DNA of 64,000 bases, taken from Turneriella sp. (lineage in GTDB: Bacteria; Spirochaetota; Leptospiria; Turneriellales; Turneriellaceae). Location: positions 1,568,001 to 1,632,000 of the forward strand of contig CBDIID010000003.1 of NCBI GenBank assembly GCA_965279515.1, given 5' to 3'. Shown here in pieces: positions 30,110 through 39,496 of this stretch; positions within the stretch are counted from its first letter, which is position 1, and each line of letters starts with the position of its first letter. The translations under genes and the position numbers were made by a program. Under the pieces are notes generated by a model that did no database searches, was not told where the DNA came from, and worked only from the letters and a program-made list of their open reading frames with translations.

Positions 30110-30511
30110 TCAGGCTACAGGAGGTGCTCGCGGCGATGCAGGAACAAAGAATAAGGATAACGGGTCGTCGTCATGGAAATCGCGCAAGGCATATGCAGCG
30201 ACGATGATTTCGGGACCGGCAGTGATCGGTGTGACTACTGCAATGGAAACGGGTAAAGAGATAATGAGTATGGGCGCGGAATTTTTGCGGATGCCATTTT
30301 CGAATGTATGCTCAAACAGGGATTCTTCACCGCCATGCGCTTCATCGTGTGCATGCGGCAATTCTGCATGGCAGCGTGCGTTAATTTCATTTGTGCAGAC
30401 AGTCTCGTGGCTACCGTCGTGGTCGACGTGGACGGCAGAAACCGTAGACGCCGTCAGCAGCGTCAGGTAGAGCAAGTTGATGATGGCGAAGATGCGCATC
30501 CGCTGCCGCAT
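30110..30511 (-). CDS. His/Cys-rich leader protein with signal peptide and C-terminal RAPP arrest motif (DUF2946/CruR/CutF/CzcI-like)
   Basis: Start at 30511 or 30499. Signal peptide ..TVSA; HVDHDGSHETVC..CHAELPHAHDEAH; ends SPRAPPVA*, 58 nt upstream of the RND gene. Confidence 0.7.
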   Translation of the reverse strand: MRQRMRIFAIINLLYLTLLTASTVSAVHVDHDGSHETVCTNEINARCHAELPHAHDEAHGGEESLFEHTFENGIRKNSAPILIISLPVSIAVVTPITAGPEIIVAAYALRDFHDDDPLSLFFVPASPRAPPVA

Positions 30512-30584
30512 CGCCCGGCAAGCGAGTTGGGCCGTCAAAAATAATACGGTTTCACTGGCTTGTTGAAAAAACCGTATGGGGCAC

Positions 30585-31622
30585 TTAAGCTCGAACAGCG
30601 AATAAATCGATGCCGTCGGCCTTTCCCCGCAAAACAACCGGTCCGAGATTCGTTACCTGAAAATCGGGCATTTGGGTCAGGGAGCGATGCAATGTTCCTG
30701 AAATAATCAAATTGTGACCGCATTCACGGCTGTACGCGGCAATGCGAGCCGTTGTATTCATGACATCGCCGATCAGTGCAATCTCGCGTTTCAAGACGCC
30801 GACTTCACCGATCACCAGCTCACCGATGTGAATGCCCGTGCGAAATTCCGGCACATATCCATAACGTTGCCGGTAAATTTCGGCGCGGTCCGCAAAAAAT
30901 TTTTCGATCAACAACGGCAGCCTTAGGCAATTGGAATTTTTTATACCGCGCGGCACAGGCCAACTGAGAATAATTTCATCGCCTACGTACTTATAAATTT
31001 CCGCTTCCGTCGCAATAATTGCCTCCGTCATATCGGAAAATGTCTCCGACATAAAATCCAGGTATCTTTGATCGCCGAGTTTTTCAGTGAGAGTTGTTGA
31101 GGATTTCAAATCCATAAATAGGACGATCCGTTTCTCATAGATCGGGTTATGGTAACGGCCCGTGATAAAATTCGCGAGCACTCTCGGCCCTAAAAGCCGG
31201 CTATTTTGCAGAAGAAAATTTAAAAGAAGTGAGAAAATCAGGGCAGCTCCCAGGGCCTGATAAAAATGCTGTCGGGCTACATCTGTGCCTGTCGGCAACA
31301 GCACAAAATGCTCGTACTCCATGATAAAACGCCCTAAGGCCCGACCAAACAAAATGAGAAAACTGTAGGCGATGGAGTTGAGCAGCAGCGTTCGCACAAA
31401 GCTGAGCCGCACGAAAAAACGCCGCAACAGAACGTCTGAAACAATCAGCTTATAAGTGCTAAGAAAACCTACTATCAAAAAACCATCCACAAGACCGTTC
31501 GCAAAACTGTGCCAGCTCATATACCCGTTGGAACTATAATTCTGCCACGAACTAATACCGGTAGCAAACAAGGCAGCTATACCCGTAAGTTTTGCCGCAA
31601 GAATGGCGTTGCGTTTGAGCAT
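30585..31622 (-). CDS. Membrane-anchored class III adenylate/guanylate cyclase
   Basis: Four N-terminal TM helices; FMDLKSST, KYVGDE, GDVMNTTARI, LRGK. Confidence 0.92.
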   Translation of the reverse strand: MLKRNAILAAKLTGIAALFATGISSWQNYSSNGYMSWHSFANGLVDGFLIVGFLSTYKLIVSDVLLRRFFVRLSFVRTLLLNSIAYSFLILFGRALGRFIMEYEHFVLLPTGTDVARQHFYQALGAALIFSLLLNFLLQNSRLLGPRVLANFITGRYHNPIYEKRIVLFMDLKSSTTLTEKLGDQRYLDFMSETFSDMTEAIIATEAEIYKYVGDEIILSWPVPRGIKNSNCLRLPLLIEKFFADRAEIYRQRYGYVPEFRTGIHIGELVIGEVGVLKREIALIGDVMNTTARIAAYSRECGHNLIISGTLHRSLTQMPDFQVTNLGPVVLRGKADGIDLFAVRA

Positions 31623-31623
31623 G

Positions 31624-32733
31624 CTATTTCTGAATCCTCTCTAAAATCGTTACAACTAATGCCAGAGTCTTTTTGTCAATCTCGGGGTCTTGGGCAAAAA
31701 AATGATCGGTTTTAGGTGAGAGAATGGACAGACTATGGGGAGCAATAATATCGGGTAGCAGAGTCAAGCCGTCGTTTGGGCCGTCATCCATCATCATCGA
31801 ATATTTATCGCGGCCGTATTTTGATATGTCGCCGGACAAAGATAGGCCCAGATAATTATAGATTTGAATGTGCCTCGGAACAGAGAGGGTTTCAAAACGC
31901 TTGCGGCTCAATTCCGCATACATGCTCTCGAAGCTATAACGCTTCCAGCCTTTGAACCAGATGATGGTCGAGAAAAGCCAACCCTTTGGTCCAGTTGCGA
32001 ATTTATCCAAAAGTGGAGACCCTCGTAAAATGCCGCCCAAGTTTAACCACGCTTTTACATTCTTCGTCTCTTGAGGAAACAACAGCCTGCCCAGAGCAAG
32101 GTGAATGGCGGGACCGGCAGAGCTGGCTCCCGCCACTGCTATCTTTCTGTGTTTTTGTTGTCGAATGCGCTGGCTGAGATAAGCGGCATTTTCCTCTACA
32201 CTTCCGATCGGATCAATATCGACGAACGCCACTTCATACCCGGATTGCTCCAAAATTTCCCGTGGTTTTTTTAAGTCTGCTCCGGTGATATGGCCGTTTT
32301 CTACATAATCATAGCCCGGAACCAACACAATGAGGATGTCGTTGCGCGGAAATTGAATTGTTCGCGACCTTATCTTTTTCAGGTTACTGAGATATTGCTT
32401 CTGCAATTCTGGATTACCGGGCTGAGATAGAAGACGATGCACGAAATGTAGCGCCGCAAAATCGACGGAAAAATCATTGGAAATTGTTTTTAAATCATCG
32501 CGTGTCGGCAATGTTGCAGGCTTTGTTTGTTCCAGCACTTCAATCCTCCGTTGGAGTTGCGAATCCGTCGTTTTCCCTGCGAGATAGTTTTCAAGGTAAT
32601 ATTTTGCACTCTCGCTATCGACCGTTGTTGCAATCGGATAACCATGAAACTCTGCCTGTGTAGGAATTTTTTTTATCGACCACATACAACCGACTCCTGT
32701 TAATGAAATTGTGACCAGCAGGATGCGGATCAT
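31624..32733 (-). CDS. Putative lipoprotein with an alpha/beta-hydrolase (lipase-like) fold
   Basis: Lipobox-like GVGC; LVPG; GASSAG elbow; NDGL and DH near the C-terminus. Confidence 0.6.
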   Translation of the reverse strand: MIRILLVTISLTGVGCMWSIKKIPTQAEFHGYPIATTVDSESAKYYLENYLAGKTTDSQLQRRIEVLEQTKPATLPTRDDLKTISNDFSVDFAALHFVHRLLSQPGNPELQKQYLSNLKKIRSRTIQFPRNDILIVLVPGYDYVENGHITGADLKKPREILEQSGYEVAFVDIDPIGSVEENAAYLSQRIRQQKHRKIAVAGASSAGPAIHLALGRLLFPQETKNVKAWLNLGGILRGSPLLDKFATGPKGWLFSTIIWFKGWKRYSFESMYAELSRKRFETLSVPRHIQIYNYLGLSLSGDISKYGRDKYSMMMDDGPNDGLTLLPDIIAPHSLSILSPKTDHFFAQDPEIDKKTLALVVTILERIQK

Positions 32734-33353
32734 TTGGCCTCAAAAACCGTGAAACTCTGCAAAGGCAGGTATTCCTCGGTCTGCACGAGCTTATATCCTG
32801 CCGCATCCATTTCCTTGCGGATAATCTCCGGCGGCGTTTGGTGGTCGCTGCTAACAAAAATGCGCAGTACCAAGCCCATTTCCAGATGGTGGTCTATCAC
32901 CGCAATGCGACCGCCGGGAGCGAGATGGGGTTTCAATTTCTCAAAATATTTGACCTGCTCTGGCAAATGGTGGTAAACATTTACCGAGAAGATCATATTC
33001 ACCTTTTGGCCCTTAAGATCGATCAACGTACCGTCATAAACGGATGCGTGCAGGTTCAGGATCTTGCTCTCCGCAACTCGCCCTTGAATCTTGGCGATGG
33101 CTTTCTCATCGACGTCCACGGCAAACACTTGGCCTGCAGGCGCTATTTTTTCGGCCAGGGCAAAGGTGAAGTAGCCACTGCCGGGCCCCAATTCCAGCAC
33201 CTTATCATCTTTCTTGAGGTTAAGGGATTCAATAACCCTGTCGCGCCATTGCCAGCCATCGCGCTTATAGATGCGCGAATACTGGAGTTTTGAGAAATTT
33301 GCGCACGAGATTGAAAAAAGCATAGTTGCGCATATAAGTATTCTGATTTTCAT
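32730..33353 (-). CDS. Class I SAM-dependent methyltransferase with lipoprotein signal
   Basis: Start MKIRILIC..ISC with AAGGAG SD; VLELGPGSGYF, AVDVD, YHHL, LAPGGRIAVID. Confidence 0.88.
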   Translation of the reverse strand: MKIRILICATMLFSISCANFSKLQYSRIYKRDGWQWRDRVIESLNLKKDDKVLELGPGSGYFTFALAEKIAPAGQVFAVDVDEKAIAKIQGRVAESKILNLHASVYDGTLIDLKGQKVNMIFSVNVYHHLPEQVKYFEKLKPHLAPGGRIAVIDHHLEMGLVLRIFVSSDHQTPPEIIRKEMDAAGYKLVQTEEYLPLQSFTVFEAK

Positions 33354-34261
33354 TTTGATTCTCCTTGAAGGCTCTTTGTTTGTTTTGCGCCAAAGAAAGA
33401 ATTTGGTAGCAGCGGAGCGAAGAGCTGCCACAACCAAAATTTAGGATAGAAGTCTTCGGTAATCCCCGGTTGAATTGATCTGTTTTCTTTGGGAAGACGC
33501 AATGTTCCGAAAATAATGTCCATGAAAGTGAAAGCTCCCGAGAAGTTCGAGTTGCGAAACTCCGGATCGATGGCATGGTGCGCATGATGCACGAGCGGGG
33601 TTACAAAAACATAGTGCATGAAGTGCGGCAGTTTTACGTCAATATTGGCGTGTCCTAAGTTACCCAGCGTATTAGAGAATATCCCATAAGCGAAGACTAA
33701 CTCCCCCGGAGCGCCCATAACGACGAACGGCAGGTTCAGAACCAGAATACGCACCATGATTTCGCCCGCATGCAATCTGCCCGACTTCAGAACGTGCATT
33801 TGCTCCGCGTTGTGGTGTAGCGCATGGAATCGCCAAAAGAAACCCCAATGGTGCATGCGGTGCTGCCAATAAAATACAACTTCTGAGATAAGAGTAACGA
33901 GAGCAAACTGCCACGCGATATGCCAGTGCGTCGGCCAGAGACCTGTGATGTTTTTCTCTGAAAGGTAGGCCGTGAGCGAGATAGATACGGATGTGAGAAT
34001 CAATCGTGGTATTCTACCTGCAAATTCTGTCGAAAAAATCGCATGCAGAATATCGTTTGGTGATTGCCAGTCTTTGAAGAGCGACCACTCTTTGCGCAGC
34101 GGGATCGTTATCTCCGTCAGACCAATCAGCACCATATTGACGACGCTTGCAAGGAAGACAGATAATCCCGCAGAAAGTCCCGCTTCGCGCAAATGCGCAT
34201 ACGCCACGAGACTCAATACGACGATCAGCGGGTATGCCACGTACCGAAGCACCGTTTTCAC
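33350..34261 (-). CDS. Sterol desaturase / fatty acid hydroxylase superfamily protein
   Basis: His boxes YWQHRMHH, FHALHH, GHANI, HHAHH. GTG start overlaps the upstream TGA. Confidence 0.92.
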   Translation of the reverse strand: MKTVLRYVAYPLIVVLSLVAYAHLREAGLSAGLSVFLASVVNMVLIGLTEITIPLRKEWSLFKDWQSPNDILHAIFSTEFAGRIPRLILTSVSISLTAYLSEKNITGLWPTHWHIAWQFALVTLISEVVFYWQHRMHHWGFFWRFHALHHNAEQMHVLKSGRLHAGEIMVRILVLNLPFVVMGAPGELVFAYGIFSNTLGNLGHANIDVKLPHFMHYVFVTPLVHHAHHAIDPEFRNSNFSGAFTFMDIIFGTLRLPKENRSIQPGITEDFYPKFWLWQLFAPLLPNSFFGAKQTKSLQGESK

Positions 34262-35028
34262 TTTGGCGCTCCGATAGCGTTCTGACGAAACCTTTCCGCA
34301 TACTCGGGATGTTCTGTTTTCAGCCAGCGATCCCACCATGTAAAGTAAAGGGAATAGTTGTAGTTGAATGTCTCGTGATGCAGGTCGTGGTGTGTCGTCG
34401 CGGTACTCCAGAATGTGAATCGGCTTTTCGCAAACCAGCGGGGAAAGAGTTCATAGCCCATATGGCCCCAAATATTCCGGATGATCATAAAAATCAGATA
34501 GCCGAAGAGAATCGTCGGATTAAACGGAATTGTGAACACCATAATGGTGTAAAAGAGCGCCTGCACTACCGCTTCGGGTGGCGCAAAAGCATACGCAGCC
34601 CATGGCGAGGATTGTTTGGAATAATGGTGCACCTTATGGAATAATTTGTACAGCAGCTTGGTATGCATCAAGCGGTGCGTCCAATAAAAGTATCCGTCAT
34701 GTAGCACCATCAGCAGAAAGAAACTGAGATAATAATACACTAACCCGTATTGAAGACGATCCGTGTAGATCTGCGTATATCCGGCTTTGATGCCAAAGAA
34801 AAGCGCCGTGCCGATAATCGAAAAAACAAAGGCGGTGCTCAAAGAGAAAACAATCTCCCGAATATACTGTTTTACCCTCCAAGGTGTCGCCTGAATGCGA
34901 TATTTTTCCAGTATTTTCCTGCCCAGCCAGACAAAGCTAAAAATAGCCGCCGCCGGAATCAAATAGCGAAACAGGTCGATGGCAAGGACCGCCAACCAAA
35001 GCTCCCCTAAACTTGAATTTTCGTTCAT
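34258..35028 (-). CDS. Sterol desaturase (ERG3-like) family protein
   Basis: HDGYFYWTHRLMH, HKVHH, GHMGYE, HHDLHH, NYSLYFTWWDRW. GGAGG SD. Confidence 0.93.
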   Translation of the reverse strand: MNENSSLGELWLAVLAIDLFRYLIPAAAIFSFVWLGRKILEKYRIQATPWRVKQYIREIVFSLSTAFVFSIIGTALFFGIKAGYTQIYTDRLQYGLVYYYLSFFLLMVLHDGYFYWTHRLMHTKLLYKLFHKVHHYSKQSSPWAAYAFAPPEAVVQALFYTIMVFTIPFNPTILFGYLIFMIIRNIWGHMGYELFPRWFAKSRFTFWSTATTHHDLHHETFNYNYSLYFTWWDRWLKTEHPEYAERFRQNAIGAPK

Positions 35029-35066
35029 AAATCCTCCTGCAAAACCGGAATTCTCGGCGCCTTGCT

Positions 35067-35188
35067 AGCTATGGAATTCCATAGCTGCCTCTGGGCAACG
35101 GCCTGTCCTGCGAGGTGTTTTTTACCCGAAAAAAAAAAAAAAATCTACGTGATTGCAAAATGGACTGATCGATTTCGAAATCGATCAG
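35067..35188. promoter_or_regulatory. Desaturase-operon control region: two perfect palindromes flanking an A15 tract
   Basis: AGCTATGGAATTCCATAGCT (35067-35086); 15 A (35129-35143); CTGATCGATTTCGAAATCGATCAG (35165-35188). Confidence 0.6.
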
Positions 35189-35201
35189 GAAAAAGGTTGA
35201 T

Positions 35202-36269
35202 TCAGGCTGAAATTTTCCGGAATTCGGTGGGCGTCATGCCCTTGCGCTCTTTAAAAGCCCGGTTAAACGGGGCCAAAGACCCGAACCCCAAATCCATCGC
35301 AATACGGATAACCGGCAGCGCGACATTGCTTTTATCGGATAACAGTTGCGCCGCTTCTTTAATACGCAGTTCATTCAGATAGTCGTTAAAATTCCGGTAA
35401 CCGAGACCGGCATTGATGAGCCGCCTGAGCAGATATTCATGAACGGCCAAATGCCCCGCCAGATCGCGTATCGTCAGGCTCTCCTGCGTATAAACGCGGT
35501 CCCTGTCCATGGCCAGCTGCAGTTTTTTCAGCAACTCCTGATCGACAGACATAACATCCGCCGCATCCGCATTTCTGACCTTTTTGTCGGGAAAGCCGCC
35601 CAGCACATTCTCACTGACAGAGAAAATCCGCGCAGAAAAGTAGAGCACAGTCCCAAGCACGCCAGTCGTATGGATGATTTCAATGAGTTGCGGCGCCTGC
35701 TGCCCCTGCAGCGCCAGCTCTGAGATCAGTACAATCACCATATAAGCGCTATTGATCAAAATAAAACGCAGGCGAAATTTGTTGCGCTCTTCGACCAGGT
35801 CGTACCGCCGCCGTGAAAAAGTCTTGAACAGCGCTGCGAAAATGTAAACGAGCGCCACGGTCTTGGGAATCGCGCGCAGAAAACTGATATAGGCCGCATT
35901 CCGGCCCGGAATATTCAGATCATAAAGCCTCAAATACGTAATCAGATAAAAATGCACAGCTTCGATAAACAGAAACATCCCCAGGTGAATCCAGCGAAAA
36001 CGGAACCGGTCTTCGAACAGCGCATCGTTCATCAGGTAAAAAGCCCAGGGTACCATAAAACATCCGACGTGGATGAGGTAGGTCACCCAGGGGGCCGAAT
36101 GCAGCAGATGGCAAATCTGGCAGCCCAGGTAACCTGCGACCGAGAGCGTGAAGAGCGCAAAGGCAACGGACCGCCCGGCAAAACGGCCGTCGATCAGGAA
36201 TTTTGCCGTGACAAACAGCAGGAATGCAATCGCGATAAATTTAAGAGTAAGCGGATAATCCGGCATCAT
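35202..36269 (-). CDS. Membrane-anchored AraC-family transcriptional regulator
   Basis: About seven TM helices, then YLLRRLINAGLGYRNFNDYLNELRI..IAMDLGFGSLAPFNRAFK..GMTPTEFR. ATG overlaps the MFS stop (ATGA). Confidence 0.92.
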   Translation of the reverse strand: MMPDYPLTLKFIAIAFLLFVTAKFLIDGRFAGRSVAFALFTLSVAGYLGCQICHLLHSAPWVTYLIHVGCFMVPWAFYLMNDALFEDRFRFRWIHLGMFLFIEAVHFYLITYLRLYDLNIPGRNAAYISFLRAIPKTVALVYIFAALFKTFSRRRYDLVEERNKFRLRFILINSAYMVIVLISELALQGQQAPQLIEIIHTTGVLGTVLYFSARIFSVSENVLGGFPDKKVRNADAADVMSVDQELLKKLQLAMDRDRVYTQESLTIRDLAGHLAVHEYLLRRLINAGLGYRNFNDYLNELRIKEAAQLLSDKSNVALPVIRIAMDLGFGSLAPFNRAFKERKGMTPTEFRKISA

Positions 36270-37435
36270 AATACTTTTAATCTGAATGCGCCGATGAACA
36301 CCACCAATAATACCAGAGGGATCGTGGCAATATTTAACCACTGCCAGCCCAATGTTTCATGTAGTTTGCCGGTGAAAGCGATCGAGAGCGCGATACCTGC
36401 AGCGATGAAAAAATCATTGAGCGCCTGCGCAGCGCCCTGGTGTTCCGGTTCAATATTCGATACCAGAAGCTGACTGGCCGACACGAAGAGAAAGTTCCAG
36501 CCGATCCCCAGCAAAATGAGCGAGCTCATGAATTGCCAGTAGGTCACCTGCGGCGAGTACCCTGTGCCCATAAAATTAACCGCAACGCAGATGCCGTAAC
36601 AGATGGCGCCCACGACGACAATCGTCCGTACGCCGAAGCGCTGTATCAGGTGACCGGTAAAAAAAGACGGTATAAACATGCCGAGCATATGCGCGCGGAT
36701 AACCTGCGTCGTCGCTTCGAACCCCATATGGTGATGGTGCATCGCCAGCGGCGTGGCGGTCATGATCATCGCCATGATGATATAGGCACCCGCACCTAAA
36801 AGAATCAGGCTCAGCAGCGGGCTGTGCCCGAGCAGGTATCTGAGCGATGCGACGAGCGAGATATGACGCCGTGCCGGCATCGGAAATCTAAGGCCTGCGA
36901 GAATTATAACAGCGAGCGTAGCAAGCGGCAACCACAGCAGATACCCGCCGGCGAAGGGAGCCCCCGTAACAAGATTTAATCCCCATTTGGACAACGACGG
37001 CCCGAGGAAGGCAGCGATGACACCGCCGGCGAGCACGAATGAAATAGCGCGCGAGCGCCATGAAACGTCAACGAGCTCGACGGCGGCAAAACGGAAATAC
37101 CCCGCGAAGCCCACGAGAAATCCGATGAGGCCTGTACCCAGCAAGAACAAGGGAAAACTGTTTTGCACAACAGCAAGCGCGGCAACGGCTGCACCGGCAA
37201 TGCCGGCGGCGAAAGCAAAGATAAAACCTGTCTTGCGGCCATAACGACCCATGAAGATCGACGCAGGGATTGTCACCAGCAGCGTAACGACAACGGAAAG
37301 CGAGGCCGGCCACGTCGACATCGTATCAGAGCCGGTCAGGGCGAGACCGATCAATGCACCCGTCGTCGTCAGGTGTATATTGCCCGACTGTGCGATCGCC
37401 TGACAAAGCGCAAGCAGGCTGATGCTGAGTTTCAT
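36266..37435 (-). CDS. MFS transporter
   Basis: 12-TM pattern; MGRYGRKTGF, YFRFAAVE, HMLGMFIPSFFTGHLI, LLGIGWNF. Confidence 0.9.
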   Translation of the reverse strand: MKLSISLLALCQAIAQSGNIHLTTTGALIGLALTGSDTMSTWPASLSVVVTLLVTIPASIFMGRYGRKTGFIFAFAAGIAGAAVAALAVVQNSFPLFLLGTGLIGFLVGFAGYFRFAAVELVDVSWRSRAISFVLAGGVIAAFLGPSLSKWGLNLVTGAPFAGGYLLWLPLATLAVIILAGLRFPMPARRHISLVASLRYLLGHSPLLSLILLGAGAYIIMAMIMTATPLAMHHHHMGFEATTQVIRAHMLGMFIPSFFTGHLIQRFGVRTIVVVGAICYGICVAVNFMGTGYSPQVTYWQFMSSLILLGIGWNFLFVSASQLLVSNIEPEHQGAAQALNDFFIAAGIALSIAFTGKLHETLGWQWLNIATIPLVLLVVFIGAFRLKVL

Positions 37436-37529
37436 GTTGCCCTGCAGGTTTTTGAATTTGCGTCAAAGGGTAAAAGATTCTTTGTTGCACTCGCTTGACG
37501 ACGTGTCAAAACTGCATTGTCTTCCAGCG

Positions 37530-38645
37530 ATGCACAACCCTATTGAAAACCTGGAAAAAAATGTCCTCCCGAAAATCCGCGAGGCAGCGCTTGATGTCGA
37601 CAAAACGGGAAATTTTCCGCAGCAGTCGCTCGATGCATTAAAAACAGCAGGCTTCTTCGGGTTGATCGCAGCCAAAGAGCATGGCGGCGCGGGCATGGGC
37701 CCCGATGTCGCCGCGCAGGTCATTGAAAAAATCGCCGCCGAATGCGGTTCGACGGCAATGGTGCTGACAATGCATTATGCAGCCAACGCCGTGATTGAAA
37801 AATTCGGCAGCGATGAACTGCGCAAAAAGACCGCGTCGAGTGAGCTCGCGACGCTGGCATTTTCTGAAATGGGCTCACGTTCACACTTCTGGGCGCCGCT
37901 TGGCACCGCAACCGCGTCGGGTTCTGATATTAAACTCAACGGCCATAAGAGTTGGGTGACTTCTGCCAACCATGCGGTAAACTATGTCTGGTCGGCGAAA
38001 CCCATCAAAGCCGAAGGGGCAAGCAGTATCTTCCTTGTCCCGCGTACGGCTCCGGGGCTTAAGCCGGGTGCTGCGTTCGACGGCCTTGGACTCAGGGGAA
38101 ATGATTCGACAAGTGTGGAAGCGGCAGAGGTTATTATACCGGCGGCGAATACGCTGGGTGCAGACGGCGCAGGCCTGGGTGTAATGCTCGAAACGGTGCT
38201 GCCGCTCTTCAATTTACTCAACGCTGCATGCTCGACCGGTATCATGGCAGGCGCCGTAGCCGCCACGATTGCCCACGTGACAAGAATCAAACACGAACAT
38301 CTGGGCACGGCGCTCAGCGACCTGCAGACTATCCGCTCACTCATTGCCCAGATGCAGATTGAGACAGATAAAACCCGCCTGCTCGTTCAAGACACCGCCG
38401 CAGCCATGCTTTCCGGCCGCGCCGATACCATGCTGCGCGTGCTGGAATCCAAAGCGGCCGCCGGCGAATCGGCTGTCAAAGTTACCCAACTCGCGATGCG
38501 TGTCTGCGGTGGCGCAGCTTTCCGCAAAGAGAGTGGCATTGAACGGTGCTTCCGCGACGCGCATGCCGCCATCGTCATGGCACCGACGACCGATCAGCTC
38601 TATGACTTCATCGGCAAAGCGCTCTGCGGGTTGCCGGTATTCTGA
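37530..38645 (+). CDS. Acyl-CoA dehydrogenase family flavoprotein
   Basis: CGSTAMVLTMH, AFSE, LNGHKSWVTS, GLRGNDS, VCGGAAF, IERCFRDA. Likely start MHNPIE at 37530. Confidence 0.92.
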   Translation: MHNPIENLEKNVLPKIREAALDVDKTGNFPQQSLDALKTAGFFGLIAAKEHGGAGMGPDVAAQVIEKIAAECGSTAMVLTMHYAANAVIEKFGSDELRKKTASSELATLAFSEMGSRSHFWAPLGTATASGSDIKLNGHKSWVTSANHAVNYVWSAKPIKAEGASSIFLVPRTAPGLKPGAAFDGLGLRGNDSTSVEAAEVIIPAANTLGADGAGLGVMLETVLPLFNLLNAACSTGIMAGAVAATIAHVTRIKHEHLGTALSDLQTIRSLIAQMQIETDKTRLLVQDTAAAMLSGRADTMLRVLESKAAAGESAVKVTQLAMRVCGGAAFRKESGIERCFRDAHAAIVMAPTTDQLYDFIGKALCGLPVF

Positions 38646-39496
38646 TGGCGCGCCCCTTTACGCTGGCAGCCGTCGCCTACGACGCCAAGGTTGTGACGAT
38701 CTGGGAAGGTTTTAAAGCCTTCTTTGAAAAACATCATCTCGCCTTTGATTATGTGCTGTTCTCAAATTATGAAGCGCAGGTCGCTGCACATTTCGCAGGC
38801 ATCGTCGATGCGGCGTGGAACTCACCGCTCGCCTGGCTGCAATCGCTGGAGATCGCAAAACGGAAAAACCTCACCGCCGAGGCGGTCGCCATGCGCAACA
38901 GCGACTGCGACCTGAAGTCGCTGATTATTACGCGCCGCGATTCCGGGATCAATACACTCGCCGATCTTCAGGGTAAACGCGTTGCCGTCGGAGCCAAGGA
39001 TTCACCGCAGGCGACACTGATTCCCCTGGAAATGCTGGCGCAAGGCGGCCTCATTGCCGGAAAAGACTTTGAGGTGGAATATTTTGACATACTCGCCGGC
39101 AAACACGGCGACCATATCGGCGGCGAACGCGATGCCGCGCGCGCGCTGGCGCAGGGGAAGGTTGCCGCGACGTGTATGATCGACGGCAACTATACACTCT
39201 TCGGTTTCGAGGGCACCATGAACCCCGCGGCGACATTCATTCTCGCAAAATCAGAAAATTACGACCATTGCAATTTTACCGTGCTCAAAGAGCGACAGCA
39301 TCCTGAAACGGAAAAATTTTGCCGCCTGCTGATGGCGATGGATTATGCCGATGCGCAGGTGCGGCCTCTGCTCGATATGGAAGGCCTCAAACAATGGCTG
39401 CCGGGACGCACATCGCACTATACGCTGCTCGATGCGGCTGTGCGGCGCTTCGGCACCATCAGCGACTTTGTCAGTGAAATCGCCTCAAAGAACTGA
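38645..39496 (+). CDS. PhnD/SsuA-like type 2 periplasmic-binding-fold protein without a signal peptide
   Basis: SNYEAQV, DAAWNSPLAW, LADLQGKRVAVG..DSPQATLIP, KHGDHIGGE. ATG overlaps the ACAD stop. Confidence 0.8.
   Translation: MARPFTLAAVAYDAKVVTIWEGFKAFFEKHHLAFDYVLFSNYEAQVAAHFAGIVDAAWNSPLAWLQSLEIAKRKNLTAEAVAMRNSDCDLKSLIITRRDSGINTLADLQGKRVAVGAKDSPQATLIPLEMLAQGGLIAGKDFEVEYFDILAGKHGDHIGGERDAARALAQGKVAATCMIDGNYTLFGFEGTMNPAATFILAKSENYDHCNFTVLKERQHPETEKFCRLLMAMDYADAQVRPLLDMEGLKQWLPGRTSHYTLLDAAVRRFGTISDFVSEIASKN

Noticed and set aside
38645..39496. Calling this phnD of a phosphonate ABC transporter
   Set aside because: No signal peptide and no phnC/phnE nearby.
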